Of a DNA stretch of 55,005 nt, positions 27,673 to 35,980 are shown piece by piece. The notes under the pieces are model-generated. The model ran no database searches. It saw nothing but the letters and a program-made list of their open reading frames with translations, and was not told where the DNA came from. The first letter of the stretch is position 1; each line of letters starts with the position of its first letter. This stretch comes from Candidatus Fraserbacteria bacterium (GTDB lineage Bacteria > Bipolaricaulota > Bipolaricaulia > RBG-16-55-9 > DRXL01): NCBI GenBank assembly GCA_947085185.1, contig CAMTVK010000014.1, positions 1 to 55,005 of the forward strand, in the 5' to 3' direction. A program made the translations under genes and the position numbers.

Positions 27673-28824
27673 TCACCGAAATGCTTCTATGCCCGTAATA
27701 TCGTGCCCGAGGATGAGCGTGTGGATGTCGTGGGTGCCCTCGTAGGTGTAGACCGTTTCCAGGTTCACCAAGTGTCGGATAGCGTGGTAATCGAGAGTGA
27801 TGCCGTTGGCCCCAAGAATATCGCGAGCCAGATGAGCGCAGCGCAGGGCCATGGCAACGTTGTTGCGCTTGGCCAGAGAGATTTGTGTGTGTTTGAGCGC
27901 GTTCTGCTCCCGCAGTTGCCCCAAGCGATAGCAGAGCAATTGCGCCTTGGTGATCTCGGTGAGCATCTCCACGAGCTTCTGTTGTACTAACTGAAAGCTT
28001 GCGATGGGCTTGGAGAACTGAATGCGTTCTTTTGCGTACTGCAGGGCTTCTTCATAGCAGGCTCGAGCGGCTCCTACCGCCCCCCACGCGATGCTATAGC
28101 GGGCTTGATTGAGACAGAGCAGTGGGGCTTTCAGGCCCTCGGCTCCGGGGAGCAAGTGCTCTTTGGGGACGCGACAGTTATCGAAGTAGAGCTCGCCGGT
28201 GTCCGAAGCTCTCATGGAGAGCTTGTGCTCGATCTTACCCGTAGAAAACCCCTTGGTGCCTCGCTCGACGACAAATCCCCGCACGACCCCATCGAGCTTG
28301 GCCCACACGATCGCGATATCGGCTAAAGTCGCGTTGGTGATCCAGCTCTTGACCCCGTTTAAGATATAGAAATTCCCGTCTTTGTGGGCGGTCGTCTCCA
28401 TGCTGCCGGGATCGGAGCCGTGCCCTGGCTCAGTCAGCCCAAAGCAGCCGATCAGCTTCCCGCGAATAAGCCCCGGCAGCCAACGGTCTTTCTGCTCTGG
28501 GGTGCCAAACGTATAGATGGGATAGATCACCAAGCCGTTCTGCACCGAACAGAAGCTGCGCACCCCTGAATCGCCGCGCTCCAGCTCCTGCATCGCCAGC
28601 CCGTAAGAGATCGAGTCTATTCCCGCGCCCCCGTACTCCTTCAGCGTCGCTCCCAACAGCCCCAATTGAGCCATCTTGGGGATGAGCTCGCTGGGGAAGC
28701 GTCCGGCTTCAAAAGCGTCTTTGATGATGGGCAGGACTTCTTCGTCTACAAAGCGCCGCACCGTGTTGCGAATGAGCTTTTGCTCTTCGGTGAGGAGCTC
28801 TTCAATATTGAAGTAATCGGTCAT
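27673..28824 (-). CDS. Glutaryl-CoA dehydrogenase-like acyl-CoA dehydrogenase
   Basis: ELERGDSG, GCFGLTEP.HGSDP, ILGANGI, TYEGTHDIH motifs. Confidence 0.85.
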   Translation of the reverse strand: MTDYFNIEELLTEEQKLIRNTVRRFVDEEVLPIIKDAFEAGRFPSELIPKMAQLGLLGATLKEYGGAGIDSISYGLAMQELERGDSGVRSFCSVQNGLVIYPIYTFGTPEQKDRWLPGLIRGKLIGCFGLTEPGHGSDPGSMETTAHKDGNFYILNGVKSWITNATLADIAIVWAKLDGVVRGFVVERGTKGFSTGKIEHKLSMRASDTGELYFDNCRVPKEHLLPGAEGLKAPLLCLNQARYSIAWGAVGAARACYEEALQYAKERIQFSKPIASFQLVQQKLVEMLTEITKAQLLCYRLGQLREQNALKHTQISLAKRNNVAMALRCAHLARDILGANGITLDYHAIRHLVNLETVYTYEGTHDIHTLILGHDITGIEAFR

Positions 28825-28832
28825 AGCTTTTC

Positions 28833-29222
28833 TTAGCGCACGATGATCTTGCTGACCATGGTTTTCTTCTCACAGATTCCCCGGATGGGATCGCGACAAT
28901 TGAGGGAATCGTAAAGCACAAACTCCCCACGGGGCAGCTCCACAAGAAACGTATGCATCTGACCGGCAGGCACGGCATCAAGCTGGCGCAGCACCTTTCT
29001 GTTCATATCCATGATCGCCAGGGCGTGAGACTGAGTCCCCATATTGAAGACGACCAAGCGTGCTGGGCCGGCCACAAGCTCGATGGGGTTTGGCGTGATC
29101 TTCCACTCGGTGAGCGTCACTTTGACCTGCTGGTCTACGACAGCTCCAGGCTGATTGCTCAAGACGAACACCGCACCGAGCACGACGACTATCGCTGCGA
29201 GAATGAGCCACACATATTGCAT
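28833..29222 (-). CDS. Membrane-anchored cupredoxin-like protein with atypical ligands
   Basis: VTLTEWKITP, N.G..SH, L.RGEF.LY..M pattern; TTGACA-17-TATCTT promoter upstream. Confidence 0.7.
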   Translation of the reverse strand: MQYVWLILAAIVVVLGAVFVLSNQPGAVVDQQVKVTLTEWKITPNPIELVAGPARLVVFNMGTQSHALAIMDMNRKVLRQLDAVPAGQMHTFLVELPRGEFVLYDSLNCRDPIRGICEKKTMVSKIIVR

Positions 29223-29280
29223 ACGCGCCTATCACCTAGGGAGTAAGATAACGGACGGGGCGAGCTTTGTCAAATTAAAG

Positions 29281-29317
29281 AAGAGCCGAGATTGCGATGA
29301 GGAGGCTCTCGGCTCTT
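29281..29317. terminator. Hairpin downstream of the CHRD gene
   Basis: aagagccgag/ctcggctctt 10-bp stem. Confidence 0.55.
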
Positions 29318-29341
29318 CGGTTGGAGCTGGGGGTTACTCTT

Positions 29342-29875
29342 TTAAAGCGGCGTGATCTGGCCGCGGATCTCCCCTGCGGGGTTGAGGGATGTATGGATGT
29401 TCACGTAGAGTCCACCCGCCAAGAGCGTCGGGACAAGAGTAGCTGGGACGGTCCAGGTCCCCGTCAGAAAGCCGCTGGTGCCTGCGGGACACGCTCCAAG
29501 CAGCGGGGTTTGCGCCGGCGGCCCACAGATCGTCTGGACGACCGGTCCGGCTACTCCTGTGGCCCCGTTATGGAAGTGTACCGCTGTGGTCCCACCGCTG
29601 AGCCCACGATAGGCAATGCTGAAGCTCAGGGTGTTTGTAGTCGGATCGAACACGAAGACCCCAGCGCCGATGGCGGCCGTCGTGACCGTTGGAGCGGGCA
29701 CTTCTTGGGTAGCAGTCACCGTCGCCGTCAGCACCACGTGGCTGAGTTGCGTTGTCGGCGGCGGTGGCTGCGGCGGCTGTGGCGGTTGCGGGCCGTATTG
29801 GCTGAGGCCGTACACAGCCAAGACGAGAAGCACTCCAGCACCAACTAGACCTGCCCACTTCACTCTCTTGCTCAT
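29342..29875 (-). CDS. Exported CHRD-domain protein
   Basis: QEVP, HFH.G..G..GPVV, LYVNIHT..NP.GEIRGQI motifs; Pro/Gln linker. Confidence 0.92.
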   Translation of the reverse strand: MSKRVKWAGLVGAGVLLVLAVYGLSQYGPQPPQPPQPPPPTTQLSHVVLTATVTATQEVPAPTVTTAAIGAGVFVFDPTTNTLSFSIAYRGLSGGTTAVHFHNGATGVAGPVVQTICGPPAQTPLLGACPAGTSGFLTGTWTVPATLVPTLLAGGLYVNIHTSLNPAGEIRGQITPL

Positions 29876-29900
29876 AGATAGTCACCTCCTTTCTGCTTGC

Positions 29901-30566
29901 TCATTGCCCCTCCTTCACGATGAGCTTGCTTACGATGTTGTGCCCGTGCGGCCGATGGCTGATAAAGAACGTCCCTGCTCTGTCAGGGGTGAACTCGACG
30001 GTCGTCAGCTTGCCCGGTTCGACACTGAAGGGCTTGACTCCAAAGACCGGGCTCTTGCCATCCTCATCGGAGCTGATGACCACCGATGGGTGCACTCCGT
30101 CGAGCGCGATATTGAAGAGCCGCACTTTGATGCCCTTGCTCACCGTGATGACTTCTGGGAAGGTCTTGCTCTCTTTGAGACTGTGAATGAGCGCCAGCTC
30201 TTGGACTTCTTCTTTCTGGTGTTCGACGATGACCGTGCCGGTCATGGACGGATGGATATTACAGCGATAGGGGAATTGCCCCGCGGTCGTGAACGTATGT
30301 TGGAACGAATCCCCAGAGTTCAGCGTGCCCGAATCGAACGCCTTGGGGCTGCTGGTGCTCGTCACCGTGTGAGGAGCACTGCCGTTATTGGTCCAACGCA
30401 CTGTGGTGCCGACCGGAACAGTGACCGTCTTGGGGGTGAACGCATAGTCTACGATACTGACGTTGACTGTCCCGCCCTGGCCGAACAGATTGGTATCTTT
30501 GCCCACCCCAAGCGTGAGCCCTAAGACAGACCCTATCACGAGCGCAAACCCTAGAAATTTCTTCAT
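29901..30566 (-). CDS. Exported plastocyanin/amicyanin-like blue copper protein with a second cupredoxin-like domain
   Basis: Type 1 Cu ligands PHTV and YRCNIHPSM; second domain FTPDRAGTF..HRPHGH. Confidence 0.88.
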   Translation of the reverse strand: MKKFLGFALVIGSVLGLTLGVGKDTNLFGQGGTVNVSIVDYAFTPKTVTVPVGTTVRWTNNGSAPHTVTSTSSPKAFDSGTLNSGDSFQHTFTTAGQFPYRCNIHPSMTGTVIVEHQKEEVQELALIHSLKESKTFPEVITVSKGIKVRLFNIALDGVHPSVVISSDEDGKSPVFGVKPFSVEPGKLTTVEFTPDRAGTFFISHRPHGHNIVSKLIVKEGQ

Positions 30567-30640
30567 AGACTGTGCCTCCTTCTGAAAGATAGATGTCCTG
30601 CCGAGATAGACAGACGCGCCTTCACCTCCTCAGAATTATC

Positions 30641-31186
30641 TTAGCGTCGCTTACGGAGATATTCTTGGATAGCACGCACGCCTCCGATGGAGAGGGGATC
30701 GTCAGCACACCCGAGAGCCGCCTTGAGAAACCCCAGCCCCAGCTGCACCTGCGCACGAATCTGCGCGACGTTATTGCTCGTGCGCCCGCTGACGATCTTC
30801 TCATCAGCAGCGCTGAGAAAGACGACCAGATGATTGCCCGCAGCCTCCAAGTCCATAGCAAACTCCGACTGCCTGAGGCGCTCTACTAACTCCTTTGCCA
30901 GGGGGATTGCCCCCGGCGTGGCCGTCTGAGCGCCGTACCGGGGATCGTACCGCGGAGATGAAGGGCCTTCTAAGATATTGATAGCGCTTTGGGCGTGCCA
31001 CTGCGCATCGCGCACCGTGAGCGCAAAGAACGAAAACGACGCATGTTGAAGGGCCAATTGGACGAGCTCCGCCGTCCGATCTGCAAGAGTGAGAAGCTCC
31101 GCGTGCGCAGGGCTTTGGGCTCCCCCCACCCCTAGCCCAACCAGCAGCCCCACCACGCCTCCTCCTAAAGCCTTGAACAATCTCAT
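30641..31186 (-). CDS. Hypothetical exported helical protein
   Basis: Signal peptide; sits between the regulator and the cupredoxin gene. Confidence 0.7.
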   Translation of the reverse strand: MRLFKALGGGVVGLLVGLGVGGAQSPAHAELLTLADRTAELVQLALQHASFSFFALTVRDAQWHAQSAINILEGPSSPRYDPRYGAQTATPGAIPLAKELVERLRQSEFAMDLEAAGNHLVVFLSAADEKIVSGRTSNNVAQIRAQVQLGLGFLKAALGCADDPLSIGGVRAIQEYLRKRR

Positions 31187-31302
31187 AGCGCGCTCACTTT
31201 AGCACCGGAGCCGCGCTCTGAGAATAGAAAGCCGGTGACGGCCTCATGACCCAACGGTGCTTGCTCGGTGCTGCTTCAGTCCAATGTCCGTATGGTACGA
31301 TC

Positions 31303-32256
31303 TTACTGTGGGGGCACGAACTTATACCCAAAGCCGCGCACGGTGAGGATGAGTTGGGGGTTTTGAGGGTCGCGCTCGAGCTTCCGGCGCAGCATATAGA
31401 TATATTTCTTGACGTCTTCACTCGACATAAACTTCTCCGTGCTCCATGCGCGCTCGATGATCTCTTGGGCAGAAAACACCCGCCCCGGCTCAGAGGCCAA
31501 GAGCCGAATCAGAGCATACTCACGCGGGGTCAAGGGAAGCGTCGTCCCGTCCAGCCGGACCTCCTTCGCCTGATCGTCAATGACCAGCTGTCCGAAAGAG
31601 AGCTGAGAGTTGGAAGCGCGAAGCTCTGAGCTCACCTGAGCACCGCTCAGCTCCGCCCTCCCATTGGCCCACCACGGCCACGCCAGATAGGCTCCCACGC
31701 CCATCACAAGAGCAAAGCTCACTGCCCATCCCAGCGCCAGTCGATACACCCCAGAGATTGATGCTCGCAACGGCGCCAGTGAGACCCCCAACCGCACATA
31801 GCTCTGCACTTCGCTCCCCTGGCCAGACCCGATAGCACGCCATAGATCGAGATACTCTTGTCCGCTCTCGAGGCGCTTGCGCTCGACGCGACGCGCGGGC
31901 ACTGCCCCCTCCGGCAAGGCCAACACGCGCTCCACCGGCTCGCCCCCCAGATGCTGATGCTGCGCGATCAGCTTGCCCTCAAGCACGATCTGCGCGTAGA
32001 TCACCGGATCCATGACGACAAACTCCTCCACCATGGTGGTGAAGACGGCACGCAGACGCTCAGGCTCCTCAGAAGAGCGTGTCCTCAGCTGCAGCCACAC
32101 TTGGTCGGCAAAGTTGCGCACCATCCACTCGCTGCGCTGGAAGAACTCACGCTCGTGCTCGTGCGCCACGCGAGAACTGAGCAGGAGCGCCGCAGGCACG
32201 CTCAACGCCACGGCAATCGCCAGAATAATTCCTGTGAAGGCCCGCCTTGAGATCAT
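31303..32256 (-). CDS. Membrane-bound one-component regulator: TM-extracytoplasmic-TM plus C-terminal OmpR/PhoB winged helix
   Basis: Two TM segments; LTPREYALI..PGRVFS..LRRKLE..ILTVRGFGYKF; no receiver domain. Confidence 0.85.
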   Translation of the reverse strand: MISRRAFTGIILAIAVALSVPAALLLSSRVAHEHEREFFQRSEWMVRNFADQVWLQLRTRSSEEPERLRAVFTTMVEEFVVMDPVIYAQIVLEGKLIAQHQHLGGEPVERVLALPEGAVPARRVERKRLESGQEYLDLWRAIGSGQGSEVQSYVRLGVSLAPLRASISGVYRLALGWAVSFALVMGVGAYLAWPWWANGRAELSGAQVSSELRASNSQLSFGQLVIDDQAKEVRLDGTTLPLTPREYALIRLLASEPGRVFSAQEIIERAWSTEKFMSSEDVKKYIYMLRRKLERDPQNPQLILTVRGFGYKFVPPQ

Positions 32257-32317
32257 ACTATGATCTTAAGTCAGGGGCTTTTGTGCGTCAACCGGGTTTG
32301 CTATAATAAAGAGAGCT

Positions 32318-32404
32318 GGAGGGATGGCCGAGCGGACGAAGGCGACGGTCTTGAAAACCGTAGCGCGATGAGCGCCGGGGGTTCGAATCCCTCTCCCTCC
32401 GCCA
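32318..32404 (+). tRNA. tRNA-Ser(TGA)
   Basis: Cloverleaf; anticodon arm acggt-cTTGAaa-accgt; long variable arm; GTTCGAATC; GCCA end. Confidence 0.95.
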
Positions 32405-32427
32405 ACGACACAGGTCAAAGCGACAAG

Positions 32428-32456
32428 TTGACAAATGGGGAATCACCCCTTAAAAT
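32428..32456 (+). promoter_or_regulatory. Promoter for tRNA-Ser(GCT)
   Basis: TTGACA-17 nt-TAAAAT. Confidence 0.75.
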
Positions 32457-32502
32457 GCCTACGAACTTGGTACTTGCAACTTTTAACGTGGAACTGTGCC
32501 CC

Positions 32503-32595
32503 GGAGGGGTACTCAAGTGGTCGAAGAGGACGGATTGCTAATCCGTTGTAGGGGCTAAACCTCTACCGTGGGTTCGAATCCCACCCCCTCCGCCA
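32503..32595 (+). tRNA. tRNA-Ser(GCT)
   Basis: Anticodon arm acgga-ttGCTaa-tccgt; long variable arm; GCCA end. Confidence 0.95.
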
Positions 32596-32641
32596 CCAGA
32601 CTTCGTCTGGACTGTTTGCCGTGCCGCCTCTGGCGGCACGA
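32596..32641. repeat. tRNA-flanking palindromic element
   Basis: ccagacttcgtctgg plus cgtgccgcc-tct-ggcggcacg; inverted homolog at 38748-38794. Confidence 0.8.
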
Positions 32642-32666
32642 TGTATCTAGTAGGGAGTGTGCAACC

Positions 32667-33113
32667 GTGCAGAGAATGTCTGTTGTTATAGGGCTTATCG
32701 TTCTTGGCACTCTTGTGCTTTCTGGCTGCGAGCTGCTCGCACCGCCGGTGCAGACCAAGCCGCGCACCGACATGGTCGAGAACGATCTGATAGAATTCAG
32801 CCGCACCGTGCTCACGCCACTTCGGCCCGGCCAAAAGTTCACGGTCTCTGTGAAGGTCACGGCAAAAGTCGATCTCAGAGTAGTTCTGATCAGCGAGAAT
32901 TTGCCAGAAGGGTTTGAGCTTACCGAGGGTTCTCAGCTGAAAGCAGCGCAATTGGGCCTAGCCGCCGGGGCGACGCTGGAGCACAACTATACTGTTATAG
33001 CCAGCACCAAAGCGGGATCGTTCACGATCACGGGGAACGCGATTGTCGCCACGGGTGAGGGGACGCAAGAGCCACTCGTGTTAGAATCGCCGGTGCGAGT
33101 GCAGGCTCGCTAA
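32667..33113 (+). CDS. Lipoprotein with a single Ig/cohesin-like domain
   Basis: GGGAG RBS, GTG start, lipobox LSGC; SRT..LRPGQKFTV..ISENLP.GF..Y.V..G.FTITG. Confidence 0.8.
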   Translation: MQRMSVVIGLIVLGTLVLSGCELLAPPVQTKPRTDMVENDLIEFSRTVLTPLRPGQKFTVSVKVTAKVDLRVVLISENLPEGFELTEGSQLKAAQLGLAAGATLEHNYTVIASTKAGSFTITGNAIVATGEGTQEPLVLESPVRVQAR

Positions 33114-33165
33114 TTCACCCCCCCCCTTGCAAGTTTGCCTGCTTTTCCATTAAAATTCTTTTATC

Positions 33166-33250
33166 AGGCTTCGCCTGGACCAGACTCTGTCTGGACTGTA
33201 TATCTTGCCCAGCCGGAGGCTGGGCAAGGCGAAGGTCAAGCGGAGCTTGT
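33166..33250. repeat. Palindromic leader upstream of tRNA-Arg(CCG)
   Basis: Hairpins caggcttcgcctg, ccagactctgtctgg, cttgcccagcc-gga-ggctgggcaag; homologous to 34121-34190. Confidence 0.8.
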
Positions 33251-33327
33251 GCGCCCGTAGCTCAGTGGATGAGAGCGCTGGCCTCCGGAGCCAGAGGTCG
33301 CTGGTTCAAATCCAGCCGGGCGTACCA
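33251..33327 (+). tRNA. tRNA-Arg(CCG)
   Basis: Anticodon arm ctggc-ctCCGga-gccag; ACCA end. Confidence 0.95.
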
Positions 33328-33329
33328 GT

Positions 33330-33419
33330 GGAGGGATGACCGAATTGGCTAAGGAGCCGGTCTCGAAAACCGGTACGGCCCACAAGGCCCTGGGGGTTCG
33401 AGTCCCCCTCCCTCCGCCA
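33330..33419 (+). tRNA. tRNA-Ser(CGA)
   Basis: Anticodon arm ccggt-ctCGAaa-accgg; long variable arm; GCCA end. Confidence 0.95.
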
Positions 33420-33463
33420 CCAGGCTGCGCCTGGACTGCTCGCCATACAGTTCGAGAATCGAG

Positions 33464-34000
33464 CTACCAGAAGCTAATATTCTGCTGGCCTGAGCGCCAC
33501 CATGAGACCACTATCAACACCAAGCCCAAGATGATCAGCACGAAGGGCCAGTAGGGCTCTCTGAACACAAACGCCCCAAAGAACGCCCCGAAGATCGCAA
33601 AGAGCACGACACTGATCGTGATCAGCCTGATGCCGCTGCGCACGGCCTCCGATATCCCCTCCCCACTGATCAGTCCAGAGAGTACGATCCCTACACCAAC
33701 GAAGCCAGGGATGAGCGCCCACATATAACTCCAGCTCTCCCATCGGTCGGTGATGTTCTGCCAGAGGAGAATCCCTCCAATGCCCCCGACGATCATCGCC
33801 GGAACGGCCATTCCCGGAGCGTTGATCAGTAACGCAAAAACGAGCAACCCCATGCCAACGCCAATGACAATCAAGGGCCAAGTATCTGTGATGGCGAGAA
33901 TCTTTTGCAGTTCCGGGACCGTCTGAAAGACGAGCAAGAGAACGCCGATGAGCACCAAGAGCACGCCGGCGGCCAGATACGAACGCTGCCGTTGATCCAT
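33464..34000 (-). CDS. Integral membrane protein with WP-helix repeats (LiaF/LiaI TM-like)
   Basis: About six TM segments; TWPLIVIG and YWPFVLIILG motifs. Confidence 0.75.
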   Translation of the reverse strand: MDQRQRSYLAAGVLLVLIGVLLLVFQTVPELQKILAITDTWPLIVIGVGMGLLVFALLINAPGMAVPAMIVGGIGGILLWQNITDRWESWSYMWALIPGFVGVGIVLSGLISGEGISEAVRSGIRLITISVVLFAIFGAFFGAFVFREPYWPFVLIILGLVLIVVSWWRSGQQNISFW

Positions 34001-34120
34001 ACGCTCCCCCCTTCGCAAGAAGAAGGATAGCATACGAGCGATGAGAAAAGCAAGACCGCTCCATCGCGAAGACAATCCCATACGCAGCTTGCACGTTGAT
34101 CTGTTATGCTCTAGAATTAA

Positions 34121-34190
34121 CCAGAGTCCGTCTGGACTATATGTTCTTCGCCAGCCGGAGGCTGGGCAAGACGAAGGTCAAGCGAAGCGT
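34121..34190. repeat. Palindromic leader upstream of tRNA-Arg(GCG)
   Basis: Homologous to 33180-33250; preceded by TTGCAC-17-TAGAAT promoter (34089-34117). Confidence 0.8.
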
Positions 34191-34264
34191 GCGCCCGTAG
34201 CTCAGGGGATCAGAGCGCTGGCCTGCGGAGCCAGAGGTCGGAGGTTCAAGTCCTCCCGGGCGTA
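34191..34264 (+). tRNA. tRNA-Arg(GCG), CCA not encoded
   Basis: Anticodon arm ctggc-ctGCGga-gccag; intact stems; followed by CTA instead of CCA. Confidence 0.9.
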
Positions 34265-34327
34265 CTAACCTCCTTTTGTTGGCCAGCGTCATTATTACAC
34301 CTCTCAATAGCTAAAGTAGGCTAAGAC

Positions 34328-34376
34328 TTGACCACGCCATACGATGGAGCTATATTGAGTATGACTCTGTTCATAC
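34328..34376 (+). promoter_or_regulatory. TA promoter with palindromic operator
   Basis: TTGACC-17-TATATT followed by GTATGA-6 nt-TCATAC. Confidence 0.7.
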
Positions 34377-34390
34377 CGTGAGGTGAGAAA

Positions 34391-34657
34391 GTGTCAGCCC
34401 AAACAATAAAGGTCGCGATCAGCCTCCCCAAGGAGGAGTTTCGGGCTTTAGAGAAGCGGCGTCGCCAACTCAAGCAGAGCCGCAGCGCGGTGATCGCCGA
34501 GGCGATTCGCCAGTGGCTCAAAGCGCAGCAAGAGTCAGAAGACATAAGGCGCTATATCAAGGGGTATCAGAGGCATCCCGAGACAGAGGAAGAATTTGCG
34601 GGTTTCGATGAGATTGCTCAGCAGTTATTAGCTGACACAGAGTGGGAGGAGAAGTGA
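34391..34657 (+). CDS. RHH antitoxin (NdoAI/MazE-like)
   Basis: KVAISLP..SRSAVIAEAI..YIKGY; overlaps the toxin start. Confidence 0.85.
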   Translation: MSAQTIKVAISLPKEEFRALEKRRRQLKQSRSAVIAEAIRQWLKAQQESEDIRRYIKGYQRHPETEEEFAGFDEIAQQLLADTEWEEK

Positions 34658-34968
34658 GGCGGGGAGAAGTCTGGTGGGCGGAGCTCGGCCCTCCGGCAGG
34701 GCGGCGGCCGGTGGTGCTCGTCTCCCGTGATGAAGCCTATCGTATTCGCGAGTGGGTAACTGTGGCGCCGGTTTCGACACGCATTCGTGGGATTCGCGCT
34801 GAGGTAGAGCTTGGCTCAGCAGACGGCTTACCACGCCGCTGTGCGGTGAACCTCGACAGCTTGATCACGATACGCAAGGCATGGTTGCGAAGACGGGTCA
34901 CACGGCTCAGCGTAGCGAAGATCCATGAGATCAACGACGCGATCAAATTCGCACTCCAATTGCCATGA
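34654..34968 (+). CDS. mazF: MazF/PemK family toxin
   Basis: RRGEVWWA, RPVVLVS, VTVAPVST, AIKFAL motifs. Confidence 0.9.
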   Translation: MRRGEVWWAELGPPAGRRPVVLVSRDEAYRIREWVTVAPVSTRIRGIRAEVELGSADGLPRRCAVNLDSLITIRKAWLRRRVTRLSVAKIHEINDAIKFALQLP

Positions 34969-35020
34969 TCAGCGCAGCTCGAGCTTTGAAGAAGCGCAGG
35001 CCAGCTATTACACTAGAGCT

Positions 35021-35980
35021 ATGAACTTCCGTATCCGTGAGTTTGCAGCTAATGACTACACGGCCATCGCTGAGATCGGCAACGCGCTCTATCCCGATTA
35101 TCGCTATAGTGCAGAAGAGCTGCGCTACGACGACGAACACTTCGATAGAACAAAATATCTCTTCAAGCGCTACGTCGCCGAAGCGGACGGGCGCGTCGTG
35201 GGCTGCGCCGAGTATCATCATATGCCCAATATGTTCCATCCCCAAAAGTTCTGGCTCTGGGGCGGGGTGCACCCGGATTTTCAAAAGCGCGGCATTGGCC
35301 GAGCACTCTATGAGAAAATCTTGAGCGATTTGGTCGCGCTTCATGTCGTGCGCGCCCTCACCAGCGCTCGCGAAGACTATACCCGCAGCGTGCAGTTCCT
35401 CACCAAGAACGGCTTTATCGAGATCATGCGCACCTGGGAGTCGCGCCTGCCCGTACAAACTTTTGAGCTCTCCAAGTTCGCACACTATCTAGAAAAATTC
35501 TCGGCTCATGGGCTGACGATCTCTACTCTTGCCGAAGAGCGCCAGCGCGACCCTAGCTGTCTGAAAAAACTCTATGAGCTCTATACTATTATCATGGCGG
35601 ACGTCCCGCACCCTGATCGCTACACGCCCGTAGATTTTGAGCACTTCTTGCGCTATACCATCGAGCACCCCGACACCATCACTGAGGGGTACTTCATCGC
35701 CAAGGACGGCGAAAACTATGTTGGGCTGAGCAACTTACGGCGGAGCCAGGACGAACCCAAAGACTTATATCAAGGGTTGACGGGAGTGTGCCGCGAGTAC
35801 CGCGGTCAAGGCGTCGCCATGGCGCTCAAGCTCAAGACGATCGAGTACGCCCAGCGCCACGGCTACGAAGTCATCAAGACCTGGAACGAGAGCACGAACG
35901 TGGGGATGCTCGCAATTAACGATAAGCTGGGCTTTGTGCGTCAGCCGGCATGGATCACGTTCGCCAAGGAATGCGCATGA
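35021..35980 (+). CDS. Tandem GNAT acetyltransferase
   Basis: VHPDFQKRGIG and TGV..EYRGQGVA.ALK..N..MLAIN.KLGF motifs. Confidence 0.9.
   Translation: MNFRIREFAANDYTAIAEIGNALYPDYRYSAEELRYDDEHFDRTKYLFKRYVAEADGRVVGCAEYHHMPNMFHPQKFWLWGGVHPDFQKRGIGRALYEKILSDLVALHVVRALTSAREDYTRSVQFLTKNGFIEIMRTWESRLPVQTFELSKFAHYLEKFSAHGLTISTLAEERQRDPSCLKKLYELYTIIMADVPHPDRYTPVDFEHFLRYTIEHPDTITEGYFIAKDGENYVGLSNLRRSQDEPKDLYQGLTGVCREYRGQGVAMALKLKTIEYAQRHGYEVIKTWNESTNVGMLAINDKLGFVRQPAWITFAKECA

Noticed and set aside
32318..32404. tRNA-Sec or suppressor tRNA
   Set aside because: Anticodon is UGA (reads UCA, Ser), with a normal 7-bp acceptor stem.
33251..34267. attL/attR of an integrated element
   Set aside because: Both copies are full tRNAs with different anticodons and compensatory changes; the repeat includes the 5' leader and no integrase is present.
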